64,000 bases of DNA from the human T2T-CHM13v2.0 reference genome, Homo sapiens: assembly GCF_009914755.1 (NCBI RefSeq), contig NC_060945.1. One strand, written 5' to 3'. The notes under the pieces were generated by a model that did not search any database, had not been told where the DNA came from, and saw nothing but the letters and a program-made list of their open reading frames with translations. The position numbers were made by a program, and so were the translations under genes. Positions 42,612 through 56,286 of the stretch are shown piece by piece (the first letter of the stretch is position 1; every line of letters starts with the position of its first letter).

Positions 42612-45457
42612 TGTATTGATTTCCTAGTACTACTGTAACAAATTACCACAAACCTAGTGGCTTAAAACAACACAAATGTCTCATATAATTCTTAAGGTCA
42701 GAAGTCTAAACAGGTGTATTAGGCCATTCTTGCGTTGTTATAAAGAAATACCTGAGGCTGGGTAATTTATAAAGAAAAGAGATTGTATTGGCTCAGGGTT
42801 CTACAGGCCGTGCAAGCATGGCACTGGTATATGCATCTGCCTGGCTTCTGGAGAGGGCTTCAGGGAGCTTTTACTCACGGCAGAAGGCAAAGCAGGAGCA
42901 GGCAAGACACGTGGCAAAAACAGGAGTAAGAGAGAGCACAGAGGTGCCATGCACTTTTAAACAAGCAGACCTCATGTGAACTCAGAGAAAATCTCACTCA
43001 TCACCGAGGGGATGGCGCTAAACCATTCATGAGGAATCTGCCCCCACGACCCAATCACCTCCCACCAGGCCCCATCACCAGCATGGGAATCACGTTCCAA
43101 CATGAGATTTGGAGGTGACAGACACTCAAACGATATCATTCAGCGCGATGGCCCCTAAAATATCATGTCCTTCTCACCTTGCAAAATACAATCATCTCTC
43201 CCAACAGTTCCCCAAAGACTTAACCCATTCTAGCCCCAATTCAAAAGTCCTAAAGTCCAAAGTCTCATCTGGAGATGAGTTTCTTCCACCCATGAGCCTG
43301 TGAAATCAAAGACAAGTTTCTTACTTTCAAGATACAATGGGGGTACAGGCATTAGGTAAACATTCTTGTTCCAAAAAAAAGAAATCAGCCAAAAGAAAGG
43401 GGCTATAGGCCAGCAGGGCAATCATTAAATCTTAAAGCTCCAAAATAATCTTCTTTGACCCCATGTCCCACATTCAGGGCACACTGGTGCAAGGGACGGG
43501 CTCCCAAGGTCTTGGGCAGCTCCACCCCTGTGGCTTTGGAGGGTGCAGCCCCTGTGGCTGCTCTCACAGGTTGTCGAGTTCCTGTAGCCTTTCCAGACCC
43601 CCACATTTCCCCTTGGCATTGCCCTAGTAGAGGTTCTCTGTGATGGCTCCACCCCTGCATCAGGCTTCTCCCTGAGCACCCAGGCTTTCACATATATCCT
43701 CTGAAATCTAGGTACAAGTTGTCAAGCATCCTTTACTCTTGCGTTCTGAGCACCTACAGGCTTAACACCATGTGGAAGCCACTAAAGCTTATGGCTTGTG
43801 CCCTCCAGAGCCATGGCCCAAGCTACACCTGGGACGCTTTGAGCCAAGGCTGCAGCCAGAGAAGTGAAGATGCAGGGATCAATTTCCTGGGTGGCTTAGG
43901 CCATTCGCGTCTCAGGCTTGGCCCACAAAACCATTCTTTCCTCCTAGGCCTCTGGACCTGTAGTGGGAGGGGCTGCCTTGTAGATCCCTAAAAAGCCTTC
44001 AGGGCCTTTTTCCAAACATCTTGGCCATCAGCACTTGGCTCCTTTTTAGTCATGCAAATCTCTCTAGTAAGTTGTTGTTCTGTGGCCCACTTGGATGCTT
44101 CCTCTAAACCTAGGCTTTTCTTTTCTACCACATGGCCAGGTTGCAAATTTTTCAAATTTTTATGTTCTGCTTCCCCTTTAAATATAAGTTCCAATCTTAA
44201 GTCATTTCTTTGCCCCTATATCTGCCAGTCCACCTCTTAAAGGCTTTATGGCTAAGAAATTTTTTCTGCCAGATACCCTAAATCATCACTCTCAAGTTCA
44301 AAGTTCCACAAATCCTTAGGACATGAACACAATGCAGGCAAGTTCTTTGCTAAAGCAGAACAAGGGTGACCTTTGCTTTAGTTCCCAGTAAGTTCCTCAT
44401 CTTCATCTAAGATCATATCAGCCTGGCCTTCACTGCTCATATCTCTATCAGCATTTTGGTCACAACAATATGACCAGTCTTTAAGAAGTTTCAAATTTTC
44501 CTCATCGTCCTGTCTTCTTCTGAGCCCTCCACACTCTTCCAACCTCTGCCTGTTACCCAGTTCCAAAGTTGCTTCCTCATCTACAGATATCTTTATAGCA
44601 ATGCCCCACTCCTTGGTTCCAATTTTCTGTATTAGGCTGTTCTTGTGTTGTTATAAAGAAATATCTGAGACTGGGTAATTTATAAAGAAAAGAAGTTTAA
44701 TTGACTCAAAGTTCTGCAGGCTGTGCAAGCATGGCACCAACATCTGCATTTGTCTGGCTTCTAATGAGGCCTCAGGGAGCTTTCACTCATGGTGGAAGGT
44801 GAAGTGGGAGCCAGTACATCACGGGAGAGTGGGAACAAAAGAGTGAGGTGGGAAGTGCCACACACTTTGGTGATAAGTGAGTTCTTGCTCAGAGTTTCAC
44901 GGAAACTCACTGAATTTGCATGAAACTCTGAGCAAGAACTCCCTTATCACCAAGGAGATGGTACCAAACGTTTCATGAAGAATCTGCCCCCAGAACCAAT
45001 TACCTTCCACCAGGTCACACCTCTAACATTAGGAATCACATTTTAACCGAGATTTGGAGGGAACAAATATCCAAACCATATCAATGGGTCTCTAGGTTAA
45101 AAGCAAGGTGTCCAGAGGGCCATGCGCCTCCTGAAGTCTTCCATCTTCCATAGACTGCTCACTTTCCTTGGCTTCAGGCTCCTTCTACTGTCTTCAAAGC
45201 CAGCAATGGTGCCTGGAGACCTTCTTGCACTACAGCTCTCTGACCTCTCCTGCCTCCCTCTTCCACTTTTATGGACCCCTGTGATTACATTGGACCTAGC
45301 AGAATAATTTCAGATATTCTCCTTACTTTAAGGTCTGTTGATTAACAACCTTAATTCCATCTGTAACCTTCATTCTTCTCTGCCATGTGAGGTAATATGG
45401 GTTCTGGGGATTAGAATGTGGACATCTTTGGAGGAGCCATTATTCTGTTTTCCATAA
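42612..45457 (-). mobile_element. MLT1 LTR split by the MSTB provirus (42612-42714 and 45084-45457)
   Basis: ctgtaacaaattaccacaaacctagtggcttaaaacaacaca on the left; gtgattacattgg...ggacatctttggaggagccattattctg on the right. Confidence 0.8.
42715..45083 (-). mobile_element. MSTB MaLR provirus: 3'LTR 42715-43138, internal 43139-44627, 5'LTR 44628-45083
   Basis: Two homologous MST LTRs flanking MaLR internal sequence; TSD acagg/atggg. Confidence 0.9.
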
Positions 45458-46006
45458 GATGTAAAGTACCTGTTTAGTTCTAGTAGTTTTCTGTCATAGA
45501 GAATTTATTTTTTCAACTGAAAACACAGACAGCCTAATTAAAACTTAATTTAATGCTAATACAGCAAATGGGTTTACCACTTTGTGTTGAATTGCTTCAC
45601 CAATTCTGGGTTTCTTGAGAAAATCTTCTCTAACACCCCCATTTCACCTGGGGCTCTTTGACTCACATGGCATTTAACAACCAAGACAAAATTGGAATCT
45701 GGTGTCCTGTGAAGTGGTTTCTCCTTATCACATTCCACCATCATGAAGCCCCTTGAAGTTACTGCTCCAAAAAATAGTGACTCTCCCCTGATTCAACAGA
45801 GTGGACTGACCTACAAGGCAGTCTGCACTGGCTGATCAAAACACCCATGTACATTCCAGACAAAATTCGTGGAAAGCATAATTTTGTTTTAATGCTAGGA
45901 CAGAAAAAAATTTCATCAGCATTCAGAGTATTTGTTTAAAATTCTGACATGTATACACAAGCATTTCATCCTTTGTATAATCAAAGGCCTTCATACAATA
46001 AAACTA

Positions 46007-46048
46007 CTGGGTTGGTGCAAAAGTAATCACAGTTTTGCATCAACCTGA
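46007..46048. mobile_element. MADE1, internally deleted
   Basis: gggttggtgcaaaagtaatc...ttttgcatcaacctga with TA flanks. Confidence 0.8.
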
Positions 46049-46097
46049 TACATCTATCAAGTTTTGAAGGGAAAAGATTTTATTCAAGAATCTTGTC

Positions 46098-46394
46098 AGC
46101 CGAGCACAGTGGTTCATGCCTATAATCCCAACCCTTTTGGAGGCTGAGGCAGGTGGATTGCTTGAGCCCAGGGGTTCAAGACCAGCCTGGGCAACATGGC
46201 AAAACCCCGCCAGTACAAAAAAACACAAAAAGTAGACAGGCCTAGTGGCATACACATGTAGTCCCAGTTACTTGGGAGTCTGAGGCAGGAGAATGCTTAC
46301 CCCAGGAAGTTGAGGGTGCAGTGAGCCATGATCCTGCCACTGTACTCCAGCCTAGGTGACAGAGCAAGACTTGTCTCAAAAACAAAACAAAAAA
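46098..46394 (+). mobile_element. AluJ
   Basis: Dimer with ggattgcttgagcccagg. Confidence 0.9.
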
Positions 46395-46559
46395 TGCAAA
46401 TTCTGTGGCCCAAAAAATTGTTGTCTACATGTGAAGGGACCTGAAAGAGGTTTTGAGAAAGCACATAGGCATCCCTGGGCATATTTGTTCAGGATCTACT
46501 TCAACTTACTAAGAAAAAAACCCTACAACATAATATGATAAAATTTCTATAAGCCCACT

Positions 46560-49500
46560 CTAAAATCACAGGTGACACCAATGAAAACTGGGAAGTGGGC
46601 CTAGATATAATATGGAAACTAAAGACTACTAATCTTCTCACTTTACATAGATGCGAATCAGTATTTAGTGCTTTTATTTTTATGTAGGTAGTTTAATCAA
46701 CATTAATGTGTTTAAAATATTAATATTATTAAAAGCATTTTGATAACAAAGTATATTACTAGTAGAATTTAAAATAAAATTGCTACAGAAAAGAGCAAAG
46801 AAAACAGAGTTTATATTTTTTAAAAACTTACTAGGGAAATAGCAGGAAAAAATTTTTTTTTAATGAAATAAGATAAAGAAAGGAAGCACAATTACATCAG
46901 TAATAATAACATAAACATCTACCCTAAACTGCAAAGTAAAAGACAGCCACATGGTTTGATTTGGTTAGTTCAAGTGGTGAGTTAATCAAATTCAACCTAG
47001 TATTATTTAAAAGCCCTAACACTTAAAATAAATTGGCACATAAGTATTATTAAGTGATTAGGCAAACATGTAACAGCTAAAGGCAGGAAGAAATAAAATA
47101 AATATAAGAAGAGAAAATAGAAATTTTCATATTCTTATCAGGCAATGGAGAATTAAAAGAAAAAGCCATCTCCTGAAATGAAGAGAGTTATAGTATTTTG
47201 ATAATAAAATCCAAAAGGAAAACATGAAAGTCATAAATCTTTATGCTCCAAATAATATTGTTCAAAATATAGTAATCACAAATCATTAGAGGAATAAAGA
47301 TAAGTTAACAGTAGTGGGACCTTCCTCCATCTTTCACAGTTGAAGTATACAAATATATATACACCTGGGTGGGGCGTAGAGAAAGAAGTTCCAAATAACA
47401 ATAAGATTTATTAGGTTTACAGAAAGTTTGGTGTCTTATGAGAGAAAAGGATGATATATTTCCTATCAAGCTTACAAAGAATATTGGCAAATACTAATTA
47501 TATAGTACACTATATACTCTTATAAGCCCAAAAAATAGAAAAAAAGACAGTCCAAAATTATCACATCACAAATTATTCTCTACAAAAAAATTGCACCACA
47601 GTGGCTCAGGCCTGTAATCCCAGCACTTTGGGAGGCTGAGGTGGGTGGACCACCTGAAGTCAGGAGTTCAAGACCAGCCTGACCAACATGGAGAAACTCC
47701 ATCTCTACTAAAAATACAAAATTAGCCGGGCATGGTAGCACATGCCTGTAATCCCAGCTACTCAGGAGGCTGAGGCAGGAGAATTGCTTTAACCCAGGAG
47801 GTGGAGGTTACAGTGAGCTGAGATCATGCCATGGCACTCCAGCCTGGGGAACAACAGCAAAACTCCGTCTAAAAAAAAAACAAAAAAAAACAAAAAATAA
47901 TTGCACTAAAAATCAAGCACACCATTAAGGATTATTTTGACACTAATGAAAGTGAAAACATAATTTATAAAAACGTCTGGAATGCTGATACAGTTATATA
48001 CCAAAGCAAATTTATAGCTTGTAAGCCTTTTATCAGGACGTCAGAAAGAATGAAAATTACTAAAATAAGTGTTCAATTTTTAAAAATGGAAAAACAAGAA
48101 CAAATACAATTTAAGGAAAACAAAAAGGGGAAAATAACAGCAGAAATTAATGAATTAGAAAATAAATTAGATAAAATAAACAAATCTAAGAGTGGATTCT
48201 TTGTAGAAAAAAAATTTCTGATCAAACATTTAGCAGGCCTAATCAAATAGAAAAGAGAAAAAACATACATACATAAAACTGGGAATAACAATGAATATGA
48301 CCACAGACATAAGTAAAAATTGTGTAATATCGTATTCTGACAAATTAAAATTTTAAATTAAGCAGATGATTGGTAAAGAAAACATAAAAGATGCCAAAAA
48401 GCTTAATGAATAAATAACTAGGGAAGAAAATTTCACAATTTTCTAAAATTTCTCGTAGAGAAAGATGGAAGAATTTTCCATTTTTTTATGCCAATCTCTA
48501 CATGGATATTTGAAAAAGTGAAAAACTCCAGAAATATAAATCTATGGACCAATCTTCCTCATAATTATGAATGAAAAAATTCTAAATCAAATATTGACAA
48601 TTTAATTTGGAAATGAGTCTAAAAATATTATATCATGTTCAAGAATAATTTCCTCTAAGAATGAAAAAATTATTTACTATGGAAATTTCAAAAGAATTCA
48701 CTGCATTAGGTCAAAAGAGAAGATGCTCAAGGGTATTAATTTATTAGAGACCAAAATGTATTTGACATGTATATAGCATCTGATACTGATTTTCTCAGTC
48801 TTTTAATAAAGATAGACATCTATATGTCTTAAGATGATAAAGACCACTATTGTTCACTATTAGCCAGTGGTCTTTAATGCTAAAACACCAGAGATATCCA
48901 TATTAATATCTGAAAAATACATGATACCTTCTATAATCACTATTTTTAAAAATTGTTCTAAATGTTCTGGCATTGCAAAAATACGCTTTAGAGGCGAGTC
49001 ACAGTCCATAAATATGGTGGAAAAAGAGGCAAGTTATTAGAAAAAGAAAATTACAAAACTTAACTGAGGGATGAAAAAGAACCGCATGAAAGAAGTGACA
49101 AATTATATTTTAGAAAAGAAATATAAATATTAAAATTCTTCCCCCAAATAATTAATAGGCATAATTAATTTTGTTTAAATCCAGTAAGATTTTTGGAAAC
49201 ATGGTAATTAAACGCTAAAGTACATCTGGGAGAATGGAATACTTAATAATTGACCATTCAGTTAGAAAAGCAAGAGACAGAGCAGTTGATTTCAGAAAAT
49301 ATATGAAATTTATGAATATGTAGTATAATTATATGTAGAAGCATATATATTATAAATATTAGTTAAAATGACAAAAATGAAAACAAATTTGAAGGTGCAA
49401 TACAATACTCTAAACCTAGAATACTAGGTATAGAAATTATGGAATAACTATATAGAGATTTCAAGGCAGATGTTAAACATCATGCAGAAAAATATTATAC

Positions 49501-49800
49501 CAGTAAGTCCATGTTCACATATTTAAAATGATCCCAATCCTACAAATATATATGCACATAAACTATATATGTAATACATAAAATATATTTGTGCTGTCCC
49601 CAAAACATTTTTTACTTATAAAAAAAATGCTGCAGTGTGATACCAGCCATAACAATCCACATCAACGATGTGGCATTGCTATGCTGATTCTCTCTAAATG
49701 ACATGTTTTTGGATGACTATTATTTTCTTTTTGTGCTTTTCTGTATTTTTCATATTTTCTGAAAGGAATGTGTTATAATATCAGAAAAGATATTTTGTAT
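46560..49800 (+). mobile_element. Highly decayed L1M ORF2/3' fragments
   Basis: A-rich strand; L1 ORF2-like peptide (KITAEINELENKLDKINKSKSGFF). Confidence 0.65.
47597..47899 (+). mobile_element. AluSp
   Basis: agcctgaccaacatggagaaac diagnostic; TSD aattgcac. Confidence 0.9.
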
Positions 49801-49859
49801 GAATAACACCGTACTAGTATTGTGCATAATGTTTTGCATAATTCTAATTTTTTAATCAA

Positions 49860-50012
49860 AGAAATCTTTGAAAATCTTATAAAATTGTTAGCACTTTCTC
49901 CAGAAAAAAGAAACGCATTATATACAAGTAAGCATCAAATTTTATATAACTTTACAGATTTTATAGACCCACTGAAGCCCATTCAAGCGTTCCAGGTGAG
50001 AAACAGACTGTG
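49860..50012 (+). mobile_element. MER103C-like hAT fragment
   Basis: ctccagaaaaa...aaattttatataacttt...gacccactgaagcccatt. Confidence 0.55.
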
Positions 50013-52079
50013 GAAAAGTTCAAAGAAATTCCTTAGGCATTATCTCAATGGAGTCTCATCAAAACTTTGTAGACAGGAATAGCTACTACTTTTGCCAATT
50101 TAAGAATGAATAAACGATGCCTCAGAGAGGTAAAGAACACACAGTTGACAGGGACAGAATTCACACCAGTGGCCACGTCCTGTTGCCTTACCACTGTGAG
50201 TTTCATGTCGTAGCACAGGGTGGTTTATTATACACGGAACAGGATATTGTCAAATAACAAAACCAGACCTTGAATCCTGATTTGCCCGTGAAATTTTGAA
50301 AAACCTCCTAACTTTACCATGCCTTGGTTTCATCATCAATAAAGTAGCGATAATAACACTTGCCCTGCATATCCCCCAGAGTTGTTATGGAGATAAAATG
50401 TAGGGGGAAGCACTTGCAAACATAATTTATCTTTATTATTATTAAAACATAAACGTGTCTATTACGCATCTATTACAACTCAGGCCAGCACTGGGGTAAG
50501 TGCTGATGGGACCTAGGTGGAGGAAGAAAAAGACAAAGCACCTTACTAAAAGGCAATTAAAATGCACCATTCTAGTTCAAAAAGTCTGTTTCCATGAGTA
50601 ATTAGCAATCTATTATGCATCTGACAATGGTTTGTTGGCTATTACATCAGTTCCATGTGCCCATCCTGTAAAGTGAATCAACACAGCAGGGAGTTCCCAG
50701 CTTTAAAAAATGTTTGCTTTCACAGGTATCTGTCTAATTTATCTCTGTGATTTAATTTTAATGATTAAAATTTTAAGTTAATTTTGAAGTCTGCTCTTTT
50801 TCCACCGCATTCACCACAGACTTGCTGAAGACTCCAGGACAATTAAGGCACATAAAAGCATAACAAAGCTCCCTCTCCCTATTTGACCCTATCAGGCTTC
50901 ATATTCTTACTGTCAGAGGTAATTCACATGCCTTGATACCCCGGATATTTTGTTTGCATAAGTAGGCTAGGTCTTTCATAAATGTGAGTGGAGTTGCAGT
51001 GTGTGAATAAGATGCTGAGCTAGTGGTCTCTGAGGTGAGAACACTTCATGCAACTCAGTTTTCTTGTCAGTAATCTGGGTATCATGAAGCCAGTTTTAAT
51101 GGGAAAAGTCTCTGTAAATTACAATGGCCCATGAAAGTGGAATAAAACATGATTTTTTGCATTTAGAACATCCCTGAGCCAGTTCCTTCCAATATCTTCT
51201 TCATCACAAATAGTCTATGACATCACCTAATGTACTTAATAGTCTGCCTCTAAAACTGAACTGAGACTCACGACCGATGTTCTTGTTTTGGGTTTTTGCT
51301 GCGGATTGCGCTCACCCATTTAGATACCCCTTGTTCACTATTCACCAGGGGATGGGCCATCTGGATCCATTATCTGTTTTATTTCTTATGTACCCCACAG
51401 AAGAGTAGTTAAAGCGAAAAACTTTATGTGCTGATCCATTCATCCTTAGTCACAACCCTTCTACAGTTGCTCCGGAGTGACGGTTATAGAGCCCGTAAGT
51501 GTGAGATCACTCCAGGCTGCTCTTCTAACCTCTAAATGGAATCAGTCCTCAGGGATGGATGGAATTTCACTGCATTTGCCCATTTCATTTGTATAATGAA
51601 ATCATTGTTTGGCCTTTCATTCTGTACTCTTGCCCTTTTTGGTCTTAAGGTGGACCATTCAGTAGCCCCTTCCTATTTCTCTACGAAAACTAAGAATCAT
51701 AAATGGACTCTCATCAAATCTCAACAATTTCATGTATTTGTAAAAATATCACATCAAATACATTCCACCTTCACAGCAGTATCTATTTGTTATATACTTG
51801 CATGTATTTATATACAAATAGAAGTGAATACGTATATAAATCTATAATGTGCGGACGTGGTAAAACTCAAACCGTCACCAGAAAAATCAATCGCTTATCA
51901 TCACTGATTGGGTCAGTCGTGTGACGATATGATCCATGTGTGATCGGGTTCAACTCCAAAGAGCAGCATGCAATGAAACATTAGCCTTCCCTGGAATCAC
52001 CTGGTGTACTTGTTAAAATAGAGACAATCATACCTCGCCCCAGAATTACAGGTGGTTTATGGAACAGAGATAAAGTTTT

Positions 52080-53040
52080 TAAAAAATGTATTTGTTGATT
52101 TATAGCCAAAATCTCCCCAATGTTACATGGAGGGCAACAAAAGGGAGAGTTGTTGAGTAAATTACACAATATTCATTTAATGGGAACCCCACAGTGATTA
52201 GCAAGAAGCTTATTAAACAGAAAAATGCATGTGGTATTATGATAAATAAAAAGCCAACATAATAATTGATGGATCAGAGAAAAAGGTCAGCAGTAAATCA
52301 ACATACTTGGGAAGCTTTAGTTTTGAGCAAAGATGATCATTCAAATCAGTAGGGAAATAATGTATTATCTAAGAAATAGTGGTGAGGCATCTAAGTAGCT
52401 ACCTAAAAAATTGTATCCCCCTTTACACTTACACCAGCACAAATTCCAGAATGAATGAAAGTAAAGCCATAAAAGCAATAAAGGAGAGCATAGAAAATAT
52501 TACAATCTCAAAATAAGAGAGTTTTCCAACACTAATATAAAACCCAAAAGACAATAAAAAATACTGATCGATCCAACAGTGTCAAGGCCTGTTTTTATAT
52601 GCTCTTTCTCCCCAAATAAACACCATAAACAAAATAAAAGGACAAAGAACATACTGGAGAAAATATTTACAACTCTTAATGTACAGGGCTAATTAATACA
52701 TGAGTCATTAAAGGTCAATATTTTTAAAATTCCATTAAAAATGGGTAAATGACAAAAAAAATATAGAAAATAAAATATGATAGCTTTTCATCATATACAA
52801 AGTTTCTCAACCTTACTTATTCTCAGAAATAGACAACAAAACTTCAGGAAGATACTATATTTCACTTTTCAGGTTAAGAAAGATCAAAAGCTTGATGACA
52901 CACTATGTTGTGGAGAAATGAGCACTGCCATTCATTGCTGGTGGGCGTGTAAACTGGTAAATCTCTAGTCAATTAAAATATAAAACGCACACACCATTTG
53001 ACCCAGCACTTCCATTTCCCATGAATTTCTCATGCAGTTG
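52080..53040 (+). mobile_element. Old L1M fragments
   Basis: cacaaattccaga..., actggagaaaatattt..., cattgctggtgggcgtgtaaactgg, ccatttgacccagca. Confidence 0.65.
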
Positions 53041-53158
53041 AGAATTTAAATTTTAAAGGAAAATGATAACTCTTTCTTGGTCATAGTCCTAAGGTATCAA
53101 CAAGTCACTTGTTGTTATAAACAAGTCACTTGTTTGATGTTATAAAGACATCAAAATT

Positions 53159-53511
<353 letters not shown>

Positions 53512-54870
53512 CTAGCCAAGCAATCCCAGCCATACTTCTGAAATCCAGCTATTAGCAACAGGCACACTCCAAATGCCAAGCTTTCACGGCTAAAGGTCAA
53601 CTAATTTCTAAACACACTTCTCGCAGTGTTTTAATTCCTGAACTTAATACTTCCCAAACCCTATATATGATCAACATTTGCTTTGTTTTGACAGAACCGT
53701 GTCCTACAAGCACTGTTGTCTCTTGTTTAGCAAACAATAAAGTCAGGTTTTTGCTTTAGATATTGAGTGGTAGCCTTTTCCTTCCATCCAAGAACTAGAA
53801 CATAGGAGAGACAGCATATGCATAAAGATGTTCTACTCTTTTTCAAAGCATTGTTTAACATAGCAACAGGTTGCAAACAATGTAAATAATCTCGAAGGAC
53901 CAGTAAATTAGAAAAACAGAAACACCACATGTGTCCTGGAAAGGGAACTAGCTGGCATGGGGCAAAGGAGGGAAGGAGAGACCAATACATTTCATACACA
54001 CAATTTTGGAGTTCATAACATTTTGCCCCATAGGCAGATATTACATATTAAAAAGTAAGTTATTTAAAGTCAGAATTTTAAATTGTATGTGTAAAAGGAA
54101 AAAATACATATGAAGTTGGTAACAAACCAGTAACTGTTGGTATGCTAAATTATTGGTGGAATAGTTTTTTCAATGTCTGTTTCCCTAAACATTTCATAAT
54201 GTTGTGACATAACTTATAATTTTAAATGGAAATGATTTATAAATTTCATGCACAATATCAAACCAAAATGCAGCAAATGAGATTATTCCATTGCAAGTTG
54301 GCATATAACCACAATATTGAAGGGGCATAAAGCTAATTTCTCTTATTAGGAGAAATAACCAAGGAGAAAAGAGGAATTAGAGAAGTCCAATTACATTGCA
54401 TGAGAGAAACTGACAGAACAAAATCTTCCTGTAATATTAAAAGGCTTCAAACAAAGCCCGAAACCTCTGTGAGACTTGAAGCTAACACTTCCATTCCCAA
54501 CAGCTTGGAGAGCAACACTCCTGTTGCACTGGAACTCAGGTGCAACTACAGACACATGCATTACTTGTCTATTTTTGCAAGTAAATAGTTGCAAAATACA
54601 CAAGTAATGCATACGTATTGCAAACTTTGCAATTACTTGTCTATTTTTTAAAGTACACCTAGTAAAGAGTAGATGCATATTTTGCTTTATTTTAAATTAG
54701 CTCTTTCTCCCTGATATACAAGTCCAGGAAAGATCCCAGCAGCCTCTACTTCCAGAAGACAGCTACATGTACAGCACAATACCAATCAGAAATGACATCT
54801 CCCAATATCATATTTGCTGAGTCACTCAAGTACTCAAAAAGAAAGAAAAAATAGACCTTAGTTTTCTTAC

Positions 54871-54935
54871 CACTTTGCCGTGTGCTCTTGGAATTCAGAA
54901 GCCAGGTTAAGCTTTCTTCTTTCACCTGGAGACCT
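54871..54935 (-). other. Candidate 65-nt internal exon
   Basis: ttttactatttcttcccttttag|AGGTC...AAGTG|gtaaga; splice signals only, no transcript evidence. Confidence 0.3.
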
Positions 54936-55596
54936 CTAAAAGGGAAGAAATAGTAAAACAACTGAAATCATGTTGCTTAAAAGCTATCCTGAGCTGTTGA
55001 GGGGGGAATAAAATAGTACATTAAAATGATCCAAAATATCAAACAGAACTATTTTCATCCATCATTGGATAGTGACACATTACTCAGACTGTGCCGACTT
55101 GCAGGGTGAGGTTAAGTTGCAGGGTTTCAGCCACCCATCAATCCTAAGGTAACTCACAAGGCATATTTGTATTATTCCATCACTTAAGACAACTTTAATC
55201 CAGTCCCCTATTCCATTTTCATTTCTAGTCTTGAAATACTTAATACAGGGTAAATTGATTATAGAAAAAAGTAACACTCTTGGCATAGAATTTAATTTTT
55301 GCAGTTTATTCATTTTAATTGATGTCTACACTCAAAACCTTTGACAAACAAGAAATTTGAAAGATCTGATAATTAAACAGTTAATCCAAACTTCCTCCTG
55401 TAGGAAAAATTGTAATTTTTAGGACTAAAACCAAAAGGCAAACTTTGAATATATTTGTATTTCTTTTCATGTTTGAGAAATCACTTAAATAATCACTCGT
55501 ATCAGTCTTATACATAAAATTTATAGTTTTAAAAGTTTCTTTCAAAGGCTATCATTAGGTGATCTGGCACTGTCTAATAAAATTAAAAATACATAA

Positions 55597-55895
55597 GGCC
55601 AGGCACCATGGCTCATGCCTGTAATCCCAGCCCTTTGGAAGGCCAAGGTGGGGGCATTGCTTGAGCCTAGGAGTTCAAGACAAGCCTAGGCAACATAGAG
55701 AGAGACCTAGACTCTACAAAAAAATTTAAAAATTAACCAGGCATGGGTGTGCAAGCCTGTAGTTCCAACTACTTGTGAGGCTGAGGCAGGAAGATTCAGT
55801 TCACAAAGTTGATGCTGAAGTGAGTGGTGATTATGCCACTGCACTCCAGCCTGAGTGACAGAGCAAAACCCTGTCCCGAAAAATAAAATAAAATG
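55597..55895 (+). mobile_element. AluJ
   Basis: Dimer with ttgcttgagcctaggag and gggcaacatag-like motif. Confidence 0.9.
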
Positions 55896-56190
55896 AAATT
55901 CTTATGCTACAATTCCATTTCTGGGGATCTGTAAAGGCACATGTACCATGATACTCATTACAGCATTGCTATTTGGAGGTCAAGAACTAGACATCATGTT
56001 AATGCCCATAGATGAAAGAATGGTGGGATAAACCCATGGAGCAATGTTATATCCACTGGACAGACTATGAAGCATTCATGAAAAGTAATTAAATAGCATT
56101 AATTATATGTTAAAGAACCTTGTCAACGATTTTGATTCAGACAAGCAGCAGGTAGAAAAGCAGTAGGTAGAAAGAGAACAAAATGGTTAC

Positions 56191-56209
56191 TATATATATA
56201 CATACATAC

Positions 56210-56258
<49 letters not shown>
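56191..56258. repeat. (TA)n(CA)n microsatellite
   Basis: Direct observation. Confidence 0.95.
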
Positions 56259-56286
56259 AACAAATTGTAAAACTAAGCCTTCATAT

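Noticed and set aside
51840-51910. Possible C/D snoRNA (GTGATGA on the minus strand)
   Set aside because: No D box (CTGA) or terminal stem at a suitable distance
53101-53146. Short tandem duplication caagtcacttgtt..gttataaa next to AluSc
   Set aside because: Ordinary ~21-bp slippage duplication
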